From positions 66,346 through 98,345 of the forward strand of contig JAGYKL010000001.1 in assembly GCA_018401705.1 (NCBI GenBank): a DNA stretch of 32,000 bases, in the 5' to 3' direction. Positions 1 through 10,100 of this stretch are shown here, one piece after another. The position numbers and the translations under genes are program-made. The notes beneath the pieces are model-generated. The model worked only from the letters and a program-made list of their open reading frames with translations, did no database searches and was not told where the DNA came from. Positions within the stretch are counted from its first letter, which is position 1. Each line of letters begins with the position of its first letter. The stretch is from Bacteroidia bacterium. GTDB lineage: Bacteria > Bacteroidota > Bacteroidia > M30B66.

Positions 1-186
1 GGTACTGCTGATGTAAAGTTTAGCGAAAGTAATATTAGGGATAAAGATGTACCTGAATATGTGCTCGAAGGGAAAGGTGTAAATGGCGAAACCCACAAAC
101 TTCTCTTCCGAATTGAATATATGAGTTCTTATCTTTTAGATATACTACCCGAAGATGACAGAAAAGATTGCAACTGTGGCAACTGA
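1..186 (+). CDS. 3' end of an unidentified protein-coding gene entering from upstream of the window (partial)
   Basis: Frame 1 is open from base 1 to TGA 184-186 (...GETHKLLFRIEYMSSYLLDILPEDDRKDCNCGN*) with ordinary amino-acid composition. It is missing from the ORF track only because it has no start codon inside the window. No family recognised. It overlaps the ATG-155 start of the next gene by 32 nt. Confidence 0.3.
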   Translation, partial: GTADVKFSESNIRDKDVPEYVLEGKGVNGETHKLLFRIEYMSSYLLDILPEDDRKDCNCGN

Positions 187-403
187 TGATCATTGCTATC
201 GCGAAAAGGTACAATTGCACCTAACGGTGGATGTAGTTACTAAAAGGGATCAAAGAACCGGAGCACTAACACGCGGAAAGGTAAGATGGATTCTCACTTC
301 TAAGCCTTTCCATTCCAGAGGAATTAAAGTAATGCTTGAAGACAGAACCGTTGGCAGAGTCCAAAGAATTGTTCACGAATCTGAACTTTCAACAGGTGAG
401 TAA
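155..403 (+). CDS. YwbE-family small protein (DUF2196/TIGR03833-like)
   Basis: 82-aa ORF. The core VVTKRDQRTGALTRGKVRWILTSKPFHSRGIKVMLEDRTVGRVQRI fits the YwbE pattern as I remember it (KQDQRTGKLT-G-V--ILT-S--HP-GIKV-L-DG-VGRVQ-I). Confidence 0.7.
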   Translation: MTEKIATVATDDHCYREKVQLHLTVDVVTKRDQRTGALTRGKVRWILTSKPFHSRGIKVMLEDRTVGRVQRIVHESELSTGE

Positions 404-1628
404 AGCTCCCGAAACATATATATTTCCTAATGGCATCAGAGTAATCCATCAGGAAGTTTCAAATGAAGTAGCGCATCTCGGTGTTTTCATAAACGCCGGA
501 AGTCGAGACGAACTCCAGCTTGAGTTTGGTTTGGCCCATTTTATCGAGCATGCTATCTTTAAAGGCACACAGAAAAGAAAAGCTTATCACATTCTTAGCA
601 GAATGGAAGATGTTGGCGGAGAATTAAATGCTTACACAAGCAAAGAAGAAACATGCATCTATAGCAGTTTTCTGCACATACATTATAAAAGAGCTACTGA
701 GCTTCTGGCTGATATTACTTTTCATTCTGTGTTTCCAGAAAAAGAACTAGCCAAAGAAAAAACTGTGATTATTGATGAGATCAATTCATATAAAGATAGC
801 CCCTCCGAAGAAATCTTCGACCGATTCGAAGATCAGATTTTCGAAGGTCATCCTCTTGGTCATGATATTCTTGGCACACCTAAACATCTCAAATCATTTG
901 ACAATAAGTCGGTAGCTGATTTCATTAAAAGAAACTGGAATACAGACCAAATGGTTATTTCTTCGGTAGGCAAAATTAGCTTGAAGAAGCTTATTCAAAT
1001 TCTTCAACCAGTTTTTGGAGACATCCCTCCTAACCTAAGGATGTTTAAAAGACCGCAACCTGAAGATTTAACACCCAAACATATAGAACAAAAAAAGAAA
1101 GTCCATCAATCACACTTAATTATTGGTTGCAAGGCTTATTCTGTGCACAATAAGAAAAGAACACCTTTAATCTTATTGAATAATCTGCTTGGTGGCCCTG
1201 GAATGAGTTCAAGACTTAATTTGAACATTAGAGAAAAATACGGTTGGACGTATCATATCGAATCGTCTTATTCGATGTTTAGTGATTCAGGAATCTGGAG
1301 TGTTTATCTTGGCACTGAAACCTCTTATGTCGAAAAATGCAGAGACTTGGTGCATAAGGAACTTCAAAAGCTAAAAAGCAGTTCTTTGGGGGTATTGCAG
1401 CTTCAAAAAGCCAAAAATCAGCTCATCGGGCAATTGGCAATCTCGCAGGAGAATAATATCTCACTTATGCTTGGTCATGCCAAAACCTTTGCCATCTTTA
1501 ATAAAATTGACTCTTTTAAAGATATCTGTCAGAAGATAGAAGAAGTTAAACCATCAGCTATTCAAGATGTGGCAAATGAACTTTTCACAACCAAAAACCT
1601 TTCGTCACTGCTGTATTCAGGAAAATAA
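336..1628 (+). CDS. M16 (pitrilysin/insulinase) family zinc peptidase
   Basis: 430-aa ORF with the inverted zinc-binding motif HxxEH present as HFIEH near the N-terminus, and a length typical of two-domain M16 proteins. ATG-336 would overlap the YwbE gene by 68 nt. An in-frame GTG at 396-398 (8-nt overlap) is an equally plausible start. Confidence 0.85.
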   Translation: MKTEPLAESKELFTNLNFQQVSKAPETYIFPNGIRVIHQEVSNEVAHLGVFINAGSRDELQLEFGLAHFIEHAIFKGTQKRKAYHILSRMEDVGGELNAYTSKEETCIYSSFLHIHYKRATELLADITFHSVFPEKELAKEKTVIIDEINSYKDSPSEEIFDRFEDQIFEGHPLGHDILGTPKHLKSFDNKSVADFIKRNWNTDQMVISSVGKISLKKLIQILQPVFGDIPPNLRMFKRPQPEDLTPKHIEQKKKVHQSHLIIGCKAYSVHNKKRTPLILLNNLLGGPGMSSRLNLNIREKYGWTYHIESSYSMFSDSGIWSVYLGTETSYVEKCRDLVHKELQKLKSSSLGVLQLQKAKNQLIGQLAISQENNISLMLGHAKTFAIFNKIDSFKDICQKIEEVKPSAIQDVANELFTTKNLSSLLYSGK

Positions 1629-1720
1629 CAAAGTTAATTGATATATAATTCAGCCTTTTTTGCATTTCTGGTTTTGATTCCAAGCTAAGGTGTGTATTTT
1701 AGGCGGCTCAAATAAAAACT

Positions 1721-2335
1721 ATGCACGTAGCTGTTGCCGGAAATATTGGTTCAGGTAAAACCACCCTCACATCACTGTTGTCGAAACACTACAACTGGAC
1801 ACCCCACTTCGAAGATGCCGACGATAATCCTTATCTTAACGACTTTTATGAAGACATGCAACGTTGGTCTTTCAACTTGCAAATCTATTTCTTGAACAGT
1901 CGATTTAGTCAGGTAAACGACATCCACAAAAGTGGTAAACAAGTGATTCAGGACAGAACCATTTATGAAGATGCTTACATTTTTGCCCCAAATCTTCATG
2001 CAATGGGTTTGATGACAACCCGCGATTTTGAAAATTATTTTACTCTCTTCAACCTGATGTCAAGCTTTATTGCTCCACCAGATTTACTTATTTATTTGCG
2101 AGCTAGCGTTCCAACTCTGGTAAGTCAAATTCAGAAAAGAGGAAGAGATTATGAAAACTCAATACGTCTCGACTATCTTAAACGTCTTAATGAAAGATAC
2201 GAAGCTTGGATTTCTAATTATACAGTTGGAAAACTCATGATTGTGGATGTTGACGAAAACAAGTTTTCTGAGAATCCTGAGCATTTGGGAGAGATCATCA
2301 ACCGAGTTGATGCTGAAATAAACGGACTATTCTAA
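1721..2335 (+). CDS. deoxynucleoside kinase (dCK/dGK family)
   Basis: 204-aa ORF with N-terminal P-loop GNIGSGKTT. The pattern YLNDFYEDM-RWSF-LQIYFL-SRF and the DRTIYED motif are typical of bacterial deoxyadenosine/deoxyguanosine kinases. Confidence 0.9.
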   Translation: MHVAVAGNIGSGKTTLTSLLSKHYNWTPHFEDADDNPYLNDFYEDMQRWSFNLQIYFLNSRFSQVNDIHKSGKQVIQDRTIYEDAYIFAPNLHAMGLMTTRDFENYFTLFNLMSSFIAPPDLLIYLRASVPTLVSQIQKRGRDYENSIRLDYLKRLNERYEAWISNYTVGKLMIVDVDENKFSENPEHLGEIINRVDAEINGLF

Positions 2336-2355
2336 TACTCCAATCTATACAAAAT

Positions 2356-2396
2356 AAAAAACCCTGCATACAATTAAGTTTGCAGGGTTTTCTTTT
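2356..2396. terminator. bidirectional rho-independent terminator between convergent genes
   Basis: Stem CCCTGCA (2362-2368) pairs with TGCAGGG (2381-2387) around a 12-nt loop. An A-run sits upstream and TTTTCTTTTT downstream, so it reads as hairpin plus U-tract on both strands. It lies between the stop at 2335 (+) and the stop at 2418 (-). Confidence 0.6.
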
Positions 2397-2417
2397 TCGG
2401 GCAAAGCCCAGAGAAAA

Positions 2418-3659
2418 TTATACCAGCATCATAACCGGATTTTCTAAGTAAGACTTTAAAGTTTTAAGGAACTCAGCTCCAGCTACTCCATCAACAACCC
2501 TATGATCGCAGCTAAGAGTAACTTTCATGATATTTCCTGGAACTACAGCTCCATTTTTAACAACAGGCTTTTGTTGAATGCTACCTACGGCAAGAATACA
2601 AGAATCTGGAGTGTTGATAATGGCTGTAAATTCATCAATGTCAAACATTCCTAAATTGCTTATTGTAAATGTATTGCCTTCCCAATCAGCCGGCTGAAGC
2701 TTTTTAGCCTTAGCCTTTCCTGCATACTCTTTCACTTCAGCTGAAATTTGATGTAGGCCTTTTTGGTCGGCAAAACGAACAACTGGCACTAATAAACCAT
2801 CTTCAACAGAAATTGCTACACCAATATGAATATGCTGATTGGTTCTAATTCTATCGCCAAGCCAAGATGAATTAATTGCAGGATGCTTTCTAAGAGCCAT
2901 TCCGCAAGCTTTAACTACAAAGTCATTATACGAAATGCGAACTTCTCCTGACGCGTTAATTGCCGTTCTTGAAGCAATGGCATTATCCATATCTATCTCA
3001 ACAGTGAGGTAAAAATGAGGAGCTGTGAATTTACTTTCACTAAGTCTTTTAGCTATAACTTTGCGCATTTGAGAAACAGGAACCTCGGTATAGCTTTCTG
3101 TTCCGGCAGGAACAAAAACCGGAGCTGCTGCTGTTGGAGCTGTTGCTCCTGAAGAAGGAGTATAGCTTTCAACATCACGCTTTACAATTCTGCCCCCATC
3201 ACCACTACCATTAACCTGATTTATATCGATTCCTTTTTCAGTTGCCAGTTTTCTGGCCAAAGGAGAAATCTTTAACCTTGAATCATCTGAACTGCTCGTT
3301 GATGCAACTGGAGCTGTACTCTCTTTTGCCGGGGCCGGAGCCTCTTCAACAGCAGGAGCTTCCTCTTTATTATCAGAGCTATTTGATGCTGCCGATTCAA
3401 GTAAGGCTTTGTAATCTTCACCTTTCTTACCCAAAATGGCTAATACAGATTCAACTGGAGCTCCTTTACCTTCTTCTACTCCAATATAAAGAAGAACTCC
3501 GTCCTGAAAGGACTCGAAATCCATTGTTGCTTTATCTGTTTCAATTTCTGCAAGTAAATCGCCCGATTTAACCTGATCTCCTACTTTTTTGTGCCACTTA
3601 GAAACAACACCTTCTTCCATGGTGTCGCTAAGCTTGGGCATTTTGACAATGTCTGCCAT
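2418..3659 (-). CDS. pdhC: dihydrolipoamide acetyltransferase, E2 component of the pyruvate dehydrogenase complex
   Basis: 413-aa ORF. It has an N-terminal lipoyl domain with lipoyl-lysine motif EIETDKATMDFE, an Ala/Pro/Ser-rich linker and a peripheral subunit-binding domain (SPLARKLATEKGIDINQVNGSGDGGRIVKRDVE). The C-terminal catalytic domain carries the DHRVVDG active-site motif. It lies directly downstream of E1-alpha. Confidence 0.9.
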   Translation of the reverse strand: MADIVKMPKLSDTMEEGVVSKWHKKVGDQVKSGDLLAEIETDKATMDFESFQDGVLLYIGVEEGKGAPVESVLAILGKKGEDYKALLESAASNSSDNKEEAPAVEEAPAPAKESTAPVASTSSSDDSRLKISPLARKLATEKGIDINQVNGSGDGGRIVKRDVESYTPSSGATAPTAAAPVFVPAGTESYTEVPVSQMRKVIAKRLSESKFTAPHFYLTVEIDMDNAIASRTAINASGEVRISYNDFVVKACGMALRKHPAINSSWLGDRIRTNQHIHIGVAISVEDGLLVPVVRFADQKGLHQISAEVKEYAGKAKAKKLQPADWEGNTFTISNLGMFDIDEFTAIINTPDSCILAVGSIQQKPVVKNGAVVPGNIMKVTLSCDHRVVDGVAGAEFLKTLKSYLENPVMMLV

Positions 3660-3685
3660 CTCTAAATATCTTTTATTCGGGTTTT

Positions 3686-4681
3686 TTAGTCAAGTATGTA
3701 TGGATAATCATCCTGAACATATACATCGCGAAAAAGTTCTGATGCATCAGGATATGGCGAATCTTCAGCAAACTGAACAGATTCATCAACTATATCCTTA
3801 ATTTTATCGTCAATTGCTTCAATCTCCTTTGCAGTAATCCACTTATTAGCTTTAAGCGTGCTTAAAACTTGCTCAATTGGATCTAGTTTCTTGTAAGCTT
3901 CAACTTCTTCTTTAGTGCGATACTTTCCTGGATCTGACATAGAGTGCCCTTTATATCTGTAAGTTTTTACTTCCAGTAAAGATGGGCCTTCGCCATTTCT
4001 TGCTCTATTAACCGCCCATTCTGTAGCATCATGAACAGCTTCTACATTCATACCATCAACAGCTTTACTTGGCATTTCATAAGAAAGACCAATCTTATAA
4101 AGCTCAAGAACATTTGTAGTTCTTTCTACAGATGTACCCATAGCGTAGTTATTATTCTCAATTATAAAAACAACTGGCAATTTCCAAAGCATCGCCATAT
4201 TAAACGCTTCATGTAAAGCACCTTGTCTAACAGCTCCATCACCCATGTAACACAATGTTACATTATCATTTCCATTGTATTTATCGGCAAATGCAATTCC
4301 AGCACCTAGAGGAATTTGCCCGCCAACGATTCCATGCCCACCAAAAAACTTATGTTCAGCTGAAAACATGTGCATTGAACCTCCCTTACCTTTGGAGCAT
4401 CCTGTTTCTTTGGCGAATAACTCAGCCATAACAGCATTTGGCGAAACACCTTTTGCAATGGGTTGAACGTGGTCGCGATAGGCAGTAATCATGTTATCAT
4501 TATCTCTAATTACACTCATGGCTCCGGCAATAACCGCTTCCTGACCAATATAGAGATGACAAAATCCTCTGATTTTTTGCTGAATATAAAGCTGACCCGC
4601 TTTCTCCTCAAAACGCCGCCAAAGCAGCATGTCTTCATACCATTTTAGGTATTGCTCTTTTTTAAATTTAGGCTTTGCCAT
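3686..4681 (-). CDS. pdhA: pyruvate dehydrogenase E1 component, alpha subunit
   Basis: The TPP-binding region YMGDGAVRQGALHEAFNMAMLWKLPVVFIIENNNYAMGT and the YRYKGHSMSDP motif are present. I place the start at the second ATG (4679-4681, MAKPKFKKEQYLKWY...). The track start at 4705 lies inside a candidate -7 promoter box. Confidence 0.9.
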   Translation of the reverse strand: MAKPKFKKEQYLKWYEDMLLWRRFEEKAGQLYIQQKIRGFCHLYIGQEAVIAGAMSVIRDNDNMITAYRDHVQPIAKGVSPNAVMAELFAKETGCSKGKGGSMHMFSAEHKFFGGHGIVGGQIPLGAGIAFADKYNGNDNVTLCYMGDGAVRQGALHEAFNMAMLWKLPVVFIIENNNYAMGTSVERTTNVLELYKIGLSYEMPSKAVDGMNVEAVHDATEWAVNRARNGEGPSLLEVKTYRYKGHSMSDPGKYRTKEEVEAYKKLDPIEQVLSTLKANKWITAKEIEAIDDKIKDIVDESVQFAEDSPYPDASELFRDVYVQDDYPYILD

Positions 4682-4702
4682 ATGTATTTTTTCTTGCGTC
4701 CG

Positions 4703-4710
4703 CAAATTTA
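4703..4710 (-). promoter_or_regulatory. candidate Bacteroidota -7 promoter box (TAnnTTTG) for pdhA-pdhC
   Basis: The minus strand reads TAAATTTG, 21 nt upstream of the ATG at 4681. No clean -33 TTTG is present at the expected spacing. Confidence 0.3.
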
Positions 4711-4752
4711 TAAGAATCTATCATTCCACCATATTGTTTGCGAAAAATATAG

Positions 4753-5244
4753 TTATTTTCGCTTTAAATTATCTGCATTGAAGGCAACAGGCAGGATATT
4801 TATCAATCCGTTAACAACATGCACGCCTCCTGATGAGCCCATCATTAATATCTCCATTGGTCGTTTACTTAGCTGTTCATATTCGCTCATCACTTGGCGG
4901 CATGCGCCACAAGGATAAACTGGAGAAACAACCTCAAAATCACTTGAATGGGCAGAGATGGCTATTTTAATTACAGCTTTGCCGGGAAAATTTGCACCGG
5001 CAGCAAACAAAGCTGTTCTTTCTGCGCATAAACCCGAAGGATAAGCCACATTTTCTTGGTTATTTCCCAATACAATAGTTCCATCATCTAATAAGACAGC
5101 TGCACCAACGTAAAAATGAGAATATGGGGCATAAGCGTGTCCCCTTGCACCAATTGCTGCATTCATTAAGTCTTTGTCTACCTGAGGTAAATCATCAAGA
5201 CTATCATAAGAATGTACAACAGAAGTCAGTTTAATTTCCTGCAT
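4753..5244 (-). CDS. cdd: cytidine deaminase
   Basis: Zinc-ligand motifs CAERTALF and PCGACRQ are present. The start is taken at the internal ATG (MQEIKLTS...), which matches the MKEIKI-type N-termini of flavobacterial Cdd as I recall them. The track start at 5259 is 5 codons upstream. Confidence 0.9.
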   Translation of the reverse strand: MQEIKLTSVVHSYDSLDDLPQVDKDLMNAAIGARGHAYAPYSHFYVGAAVLLDDGTIVLGNNQENVAYPSGLCAERTALFAAGANFPGKAVIKIAISAHSSDFEVVSPVYPCGACRQVMSEYEQLSKRPMEILMMGSSGGVHVVNGLINILPVAFNADNLKRK

Positions 5245-5417
5245 GCCGCTAATATACAATCAATAGTGATTTGTTGTAGTGAATTAAAAAAGGAATGAGA
5301 TTAAGCCTAACAAACAACAATATAATATACCCATTGTCGTATGGTAAAACTCCTGATTCAATGGCTAAAATAGCCATTATACCTTACTGCAGGCCAACTT
5401 AAAAGCATTTAATAGGC

Positions 5418-5897
5418 TTAATTACCAATGATTAGAGCTGAAGCAAAAGCTAAAACGCCTTCTTCACGACCTACATAGCCCATTTTTTCGTTGGTTGTAG
5501 CTTTGATCGAAACGGCATCCTGTTCAACCTGCATGATAGCTGAAAGAGTCTTCACCATTTCATCTACATGAGGTTTGATTTTAGGCTGTTCTAATATAAG
5601 TGATGCATCAACATTGTTCACTTTCCAGCCTCTAGCATCCAATAAGGCAACAACTCTTTCAAGAAGTATTTTACTGTCAATACCTTTGAATTCATTAGAA
5701 GTATCAGGAAAATGATATCCGATATCTTTTAATCCTGCTGCTCCCAGCAGTGCATCACAAATTGCATGTATTAGAACATCTGCGTCAGAATGCCCTAAAG
5801 CTCCTTTGGTATGAGGAATTTTAACGCCGCCAAGCCATAAGTCTCTTCCCTCGGTTAGTTGATGAACATCAACACCCTGACCTACTCGTATTCTCAT
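5418..5897 (-). CDS. ispF: 2-C-methyl-D-erythritol 2,4-cyclodiphosphate synthase
   Basis: 159-aa ORF with IGQGVDVHQL and GHSDADVLIHAICDALLGA motifs. Its ATG shares one base with the porV stop (TAATG). Confidence 0.95.
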   Translation of the reverse strand: MRIRVGQGVDVHQLTEGRDLWLGGVKIPHTKGALGHSDADVLIHAICDALLGAAGLKDIGYHFPDTSNEFKGIDSKILLERVVALLDARGWKVNNVDASLILEQPKIKPHVDEMVKTLSAIMQVEQDAVSIKATTNEKMGYVGREEGVLAFASALIIGN

Positions 5898-7114
5898 TAT
5901 TCAGAATCCTTATTCTGAGCCTGGAATGCACCAAAGTCGAACTGTAAAGTAAAACGAAGTGTGTTCTCTAATGGATTTCTTTGTTGAGTAGGAATCAAAT
6001 AAGCTAAGTCGATAGTAAAGACATTAAACTTAACTCCAGCCCCTAAAGTAAAGTAGCGGCGATTACCTTTTGTTTGATGCTCGTAAAAATAACCCGTACG
6101 AATTGCAAATACGTTATTATAACTGTATTCAACTCCACCACAAAGATTTAATTCGCGAAGTTCTTCCTTTAATACACTGCGACTACCATCTGCTTGAAGA
6201 ACTCCAGGAGCATCATAGAACGATTGAAGCAAACCAGAAACGAGAGTTACATTGTTTTCTTTACCTGCAATAACTTCATTTGTTTGCGGGTCTCTAACTG
6301 GAGGTGTTGGAACAAGTAATTTATTTACATCAAATAAAAACGTAAATGCATTGTAATCATCTACCTTCATTTTTAATGAATTTCCAATTCTTAAGTTCTG
6401 AGGAATAAAATCTCTGTTTGCAGTTTGTGTGTAGCTTATTTTAGCTCCGATATTAGTAATTGCTAATGCAAAGTTGTAAGTAGATTTCTTTCCACCGATT
6501 TTTAAATCGGGATTTGAGTAAAAGGTAGAAATATCAGCAGCAACAGACTGACCAGCAAAGCTTGGTGTGCCTTGAACGTCAATTCCACCGGTTAGGTTAG
6601 AGTAAATGTATCTCATTGCAACACCACCACTCCAGCGATCTGAGAATTGTCTCGCATACGCAAAGTCAATTGCAAATTCATTCGGATTAAACTGACCTAC
6701 TGTATTTCCTACGATATCAGTAAAAATGATATTACCCAGAGAAAAATATCGAAGGGATCCGCCAATAGTTTGGCGCTTCTTCATTTTTTTATACCATGAT
6801 AAGTATCCCAGATTAATATCTGGAACAAGGTTTCTTAACCAAGGAATGTAAGAAAGCGAGATCCCCGATGAACCTTCAATGTTGGCAAGTTTTGCAGCTC
6901 CCCAGTGAATTGAATTTGCGTCTGGAGACAATGCACCTCCAGCATCACCTAATGCACCTGCGCGAGCATCAGGAGAAATCATCAACAGAGGAACTGCTGT
7001 TGTAATCGTATTAATAGTTTGTCCATTCAAATCACCTGTAGTGATTTGAGCTTGTATGTTTAATGCTGAAGCACTTAGAAGTGCAACTGCTACATAGAGT
7101 TTTAAATTTGTCAT
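5897..7114 (-). CDS. porV: T9SS outer-membrane shuttle/channel protein PorV (LptO)
   Basis: A signal peptide begins at the internal ATG 7112-7114 (MTNLKLYVAVALLSASALNIQAQ). The N-terminal motif TAVPLLMISPDARAGALGDAG is typical of PorV, the alternating pattern fits a beta-barrel, and the gene sits directly downstream of porU. Confidence 0.9.
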   Translation of the reverse strand: MTNLKLYVAVALLSASALNIQAQITTGDLNGQTINTITTAVPLLMISPDARAGALGDAGGALSPDANSIHWGAAKLANIEGSSGISLSYIPWLRNLVPDINLGYLSWYKKMKKRQTIGGSLRYFSLGNIIFTDIVGNTVGQFNPNEFAIDFAYARQFSDRWSGGVAMRYIYSNLTGGIDVQGTPSFAGQSVAADISTFYSNPDLKIGGKKSTYNFALAITNIGAKISYTQTANRDFIPQNLRIGNSLKMKVDDYNAFTFLFDVNKLLVPTPPVRDPQTNEVIAGKENNVTLVSGLLQSFYDAPGVLQADGSRSVLKEELRELNLCGGVEYSYNNVFAIRTGYFYEHQTKGNRRYFTLGAGVKFNVFTIDLAYLIPTQQRNPLENTLRFTLQFDFGAFQAQNKDSE

Positions 7115-7168
7115 GGATATATTATACAATGGGCAAAGATAGTATTTCACTTGAATGAAGGTCATACG

Positions 7169-10100
7169 TTATTGAAGGATAACAAGTTTCTCAAATTTTT
7201 CGGCCGACTTCCCATCAGGTGTTCTCACGCGCAACCTATACATATATACACCTCTACCAATCCTGTCGCCAAAGTCGTCTAATCCGTTCCAAACAATAGG
7301 TTCAGACCGGTAACCATTATTAATTTGAGTTGATCTTAATGTAGTAACAGATTTACCTGACACGGTAAAAATCTGAATATCTACATCCACCGGTACTCCG
7401 GGTTGATTATATTCAAAGAAGAACTGCGTATTGGTTGTAAACGGATTTGGGTAATTTAATACATGCTCTAAAGCTAGTTCTTCAGCATTAATTACCACAA
7501 ATCTGATTGAGGCTGTAGCTGAGTTATTAGCCACATCCCATACTTTTAATGAAATGGTGTGTTCTCCTTCTGATAGATTTCTTAACGGGTATGTAATCTT
7601 CCCTTTTCGGAAATTATCCAACTCAGCTTCATAGAAATCATTAAGAACTATTGGGTTTGCTGTATTCTCATCCAAAATAGCTGTTATATCGTGACCAATT
7701 CCAGTTCCTACAGTGTTTATACCAATATCATCCTCAACATAAGCAAGGAAAACCGGATTCTCATCGGTCATACCACCGTCTACAAATTGCTCATTATTCA
7801 TGTATAAGCGAATCTGTGGACCTAAATCATCGGTAGTAGGATTGTCGCTGAAGCCTCCGACTATAACATCTGAGGTATATCCGTGAGCATCATCTAAAGA
7901 ATTATTCTTCTTGGCGTAATAACTGATTTTACCTGAATCGTAATTAAACTGAATATCTTGTGGAACCACAAAAGAAAAAGTAAATCGTCCATTGGTCACA
8001 GTTGCAGGTCCTCTAAAAATAACATTTTTCTGAAGTCTGAAAGCCTGGACAGGAGAACCCGGATCATTTCCAAGAGTATAATATGTAGATGTTTTATCGA
8101 ATACAGTAGGAATTACAATTCCATTAAAATCTTCAAGAATCTGGTTTGCACTATTTGTTACAATGCCTTCAATTGTTACCATGTCTAATGCACCAATTGT
8201 ATCGGGAACTTCTGTTACCGGAGCGCCATTGATTGAAGTTGTATAAACATCATATTTAGGAAAAGCTAATCTCATTGCAGGATCTCCGAGCAATGCAAAG
8301 CTCCTGTTATTGAATGAAGAACCTGTTGCATTTTTTCCTCTTCTTAAAATCTCACCTAATCTTAAATTCTCATTATCAGCCCCTTCTTCCGTAAATATAA
8401 CGTTCATCACATTTCGATTCAATGCTTCATTTGAGGAGCTGAATGTTAATCTAAGGGTTGTAAATAATCCTATTCCACCTCCGGTGGGATTTAAGATCAC
8501 GTATTCTCCAGCAGAAGTAAAATCAGGATTATCAAAACGACTAAACTCACAAGTTGCCGTCATAAAAAGCGTGAGATTATCGAGACTCTGCCAAGCATTT
8601 ATTTCAGGAATAGTAATAACTCTTTCTAGCGCCAGGCTTTGTTCTCCGCCGTGCCCGGCGTAATTCATCATTAGGCCACCACGCTCAATTCTGTTTGTAA
8701 TATCTGTATTCACCTGGGGATAACGCTGCCCCCCTGCACCATTTTCCTGCTGATAAGCATCCAGATAAATCTTATCAATATTGTAAACCGGATAATTCAC
8801 AGTAATAATATTACTTACGTTTTCGCCCTGATTTACGTGAGTTCCATTATCCTCATCATCACCAACAAACGTAATTCTGTTTCTCCAATCATTCATGGTT
8901 GAAAGGCTCGTTGTATAATGAATAATTTTATTCACCACTGCGGCTGCTTCGGTCACATTATTTACAGGAAATCTTCCAATTCCAATATCCATTAAACCAG
9001 CACCAACAGATTGAATATTACCACCTTCGGTGGGATCAAGAAACCCGAAAAAATCGTCTGAACAAAAAGAACCAATTGGATTCAATGATTCAGTTGATTG
9101 ATAGGTTGGTATCCAATTTTGATTATTGCTGATTCGGTATTTATAATCGTAAGAGCCATCTCCAAATAACAGTAAGCTTTTTGGTCCATCCTCAATGCTT
9201 TGAGCTCGCTGATAAAACATTCTCACAAAATTTCTGATGGCAGAAATATCTTGGTTGCCAGAAGAAAATTCATTGTAAATCTGCTGAGGAGTAACAACTA
9301 CAACACTTAAATCATCATCCGCTCTGTGATGATCGGCCAATTGATTAGCTGTTTGCACAAATACAGGAGGTGCTACAATAATTAAGTCAACATTGCTTAA
9401 TCCATGTAAATTCTGATTTCCCACAGGACCGCCATTGATTGGAGAAGGAAATGTGCCTCCAATATTCACAGCTAGCCACTCACGCAAAGAATCTGCATCT
9501 GCTTTGAAAGACAAACTGGAACCAACCAATTCAGCCGACTGGCGTTTTACATCATAAATATTTGTGGTTTCCCAAACCTGCACTGAAGCATTTGCATTAG
9601 TAAGGACATACTGCATAGTATTACTAGCACCAACGTTCTCTCGTTTTCTAAAAGCCATCTGACTTCCAGATAATGTGAGATTTCTCGTGACGTTAAAGAT
9701 TAGATAATCAATCCAACCTGTGCTTGAAGAATTGCCTTTGGTTACGGTAACAGTGGCCGAATTTAAATTGCCATTAATAGTATGTGTAGTTTCATTTTCC
9801 TTGGCAAATGTGTCAAGGTAATTGAGAGAACCCAAAGCATTTACGGTTTGACTAAACGTTTGACCGTTTACATTAAGAGAATAAGGAGTTGCAATTGTAT
9901 TTCTTGCAACAAGACGAGATGTTAATTTGTGCGGACCTGATGTTGAGTTTGGAAACGAAAAGTTAACTGAATGACTATTTACACCTGATTCCATGCGATT
10001 TCCAAACCATCGCCTTCCTGATTTTAGTAAATTTTCTTCATCACTCTCATGCACAGCATAATCGTCGAATGTAGAAACTACAAAATCTGCATTTCTGGTC

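Noticed and set aside
35-220. Minus-strand 61-aa ORF at the left edge
   Set aside because: It has Cys/His/Leu-rich odd composition and lies antisense to two better-looking plus-strand frames.
3242-3801. Plus-strand ORFs of 109 and 70 aa antisense to the E2 gene and the pdhA 3' end
   Set aside because: These Leu/Pro/Gln-rich translations are typical of the antisense of Ala/Glu-rich linker codons. They are embedded in well-supported genes.
2418-4681. Missing E1-beta gene next to pdhA and the E2 gene
   Set aside because: As far as I recall, flavobacterial genomes commonly encode E1-alpha and E2 together with E1-beta elsewhere. Nothing in the sequence suggests a deletion, such as a gene remnant or an oversized gap. 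This is ordinary synteny rather than an anomaly.
7958-8663. Plus-strand ORFs of 76 and 117 aa inside porU
   Set aside because: They are fully embedded antisense in a strongly supported 1280-aa gene. Their composition is skewed (Ser/Ile/Phe-rich), they match no recognisable family, and they have no promoter or start context.
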